Source of the DNA: an uncultured Rubripirellula sp.
GTDB taxonomy: Bacteria; Planctomycetota; Planctomycetia; Pirellulales; Pirellulaceae
DNA: 64,000 bases
Assembly (NCBI GenBank): GCA_938085445.1
Contig: CALKGR010000076.1
Location: 25,921 to 89,920 of the forward strand
Direction of reading: 5' to 3'
This document shows positions 63,753 to 64,000 of the stretch, piece by piece. How positions within the stretch are numbered: the stretch's first letter is position 1; each line of letters opens with the position of its first letter. A model generated the notes under the pieces. The model saw only the letters and a list, made by a program, of their open reading frames with translations, was not told where the DNA came from and ran no database searches. Both the position numbers and the translations under genes were made by a program.

Positions 63753-64000
63753 ATGGCTAAGCATTACTACATCAAACGAGCCGGAAGAATTAGTGGTCCC
63801 TTCTCCGGTTCTGACGTCAAAACGGGAGTAAAGACGGGGAGGCTTTTAGAACAGGACCTGTTTTCTCGGTCAAAAGATGGGCCCTGGCGGACACTCGAAG
63901 GTGTATTTAAGAAAATTCGGGCCAAGCAAACGGAATATCTGCTGAAAACGTGTCCTGTTTGCGGGAAATCACTGGTTTCAGAAAGCAAGGTTTGTCATGG
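63753..64000 (+). CDS. GYF_2-like domain protein with a CxxC zinc ribbon, truncated by the window edge
   Basis: My translation: MAKHYYIKRAGRISGPFS...DGPWRTL...TCPVCGK..., open to the end; not in the ORF track. Confidence 0.65.
   Translation, partial: MAKHYYIKRAGRISGPFSGSDVKTGVKTGRLLEQDLFSRSKDGPWRTLEGVFKKIRAKQTEYLLKTCPVCGKSLVSESKVCH

Overview
A gene-dense 64-kb window, very probably from a planctomycete (Pirellulaceae-like). The assignment rests on the lineage-typical modules DUF1552/DUF1592, DUF1501/DUF1553 and DUF1559, the 'LExRxLL' export motif and an ECF-Ser/Thr kinase pair. I saw no rRNA, tRNA, CRISPR array, transposase, integrase or reverse transcriptase. Contents: (1) a block of exported catabolic genes with four Cys-type sulfatases, two Tat-signal Gfo/Idh/MocA oxidoreductases, a Tat metallophosphoesterase and an alpha/beta hydrolase; (2) a ~6,770-aa surface protein with beta-helix-like stretches, nested repeats, four L-type-lectin-like domains (two inserted inside a beta-sandwich domain), Gly/Asp Ca-binding repeats and a C-terminal dockerin; (3) a signal-peptide-bearing PPDK_N/ATP-grasp protein; (4) a TPR-FG-GAP/ASPIC, lipoprotein, DUF1559, heptaheme cytochrome and TPR-paralogue cluster; (5) an ECF sigma with a kinase/FGE-fold partner. 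The most unusual object is the ~335-aa secreted ORF at 35102-36109. It looks like a mosaic of short repeated peptides matching signature motifs of unrelated families: cold-shock protein GTVKFFNxxKGF, Flp pilin AIEYGLIAAL and tail-tube-like VRKxPGR. Its pilin-like motif is duplicated with six synonymous and no amino-acid changes. All family assignments come from motif recognition by eye; no database searches were run.
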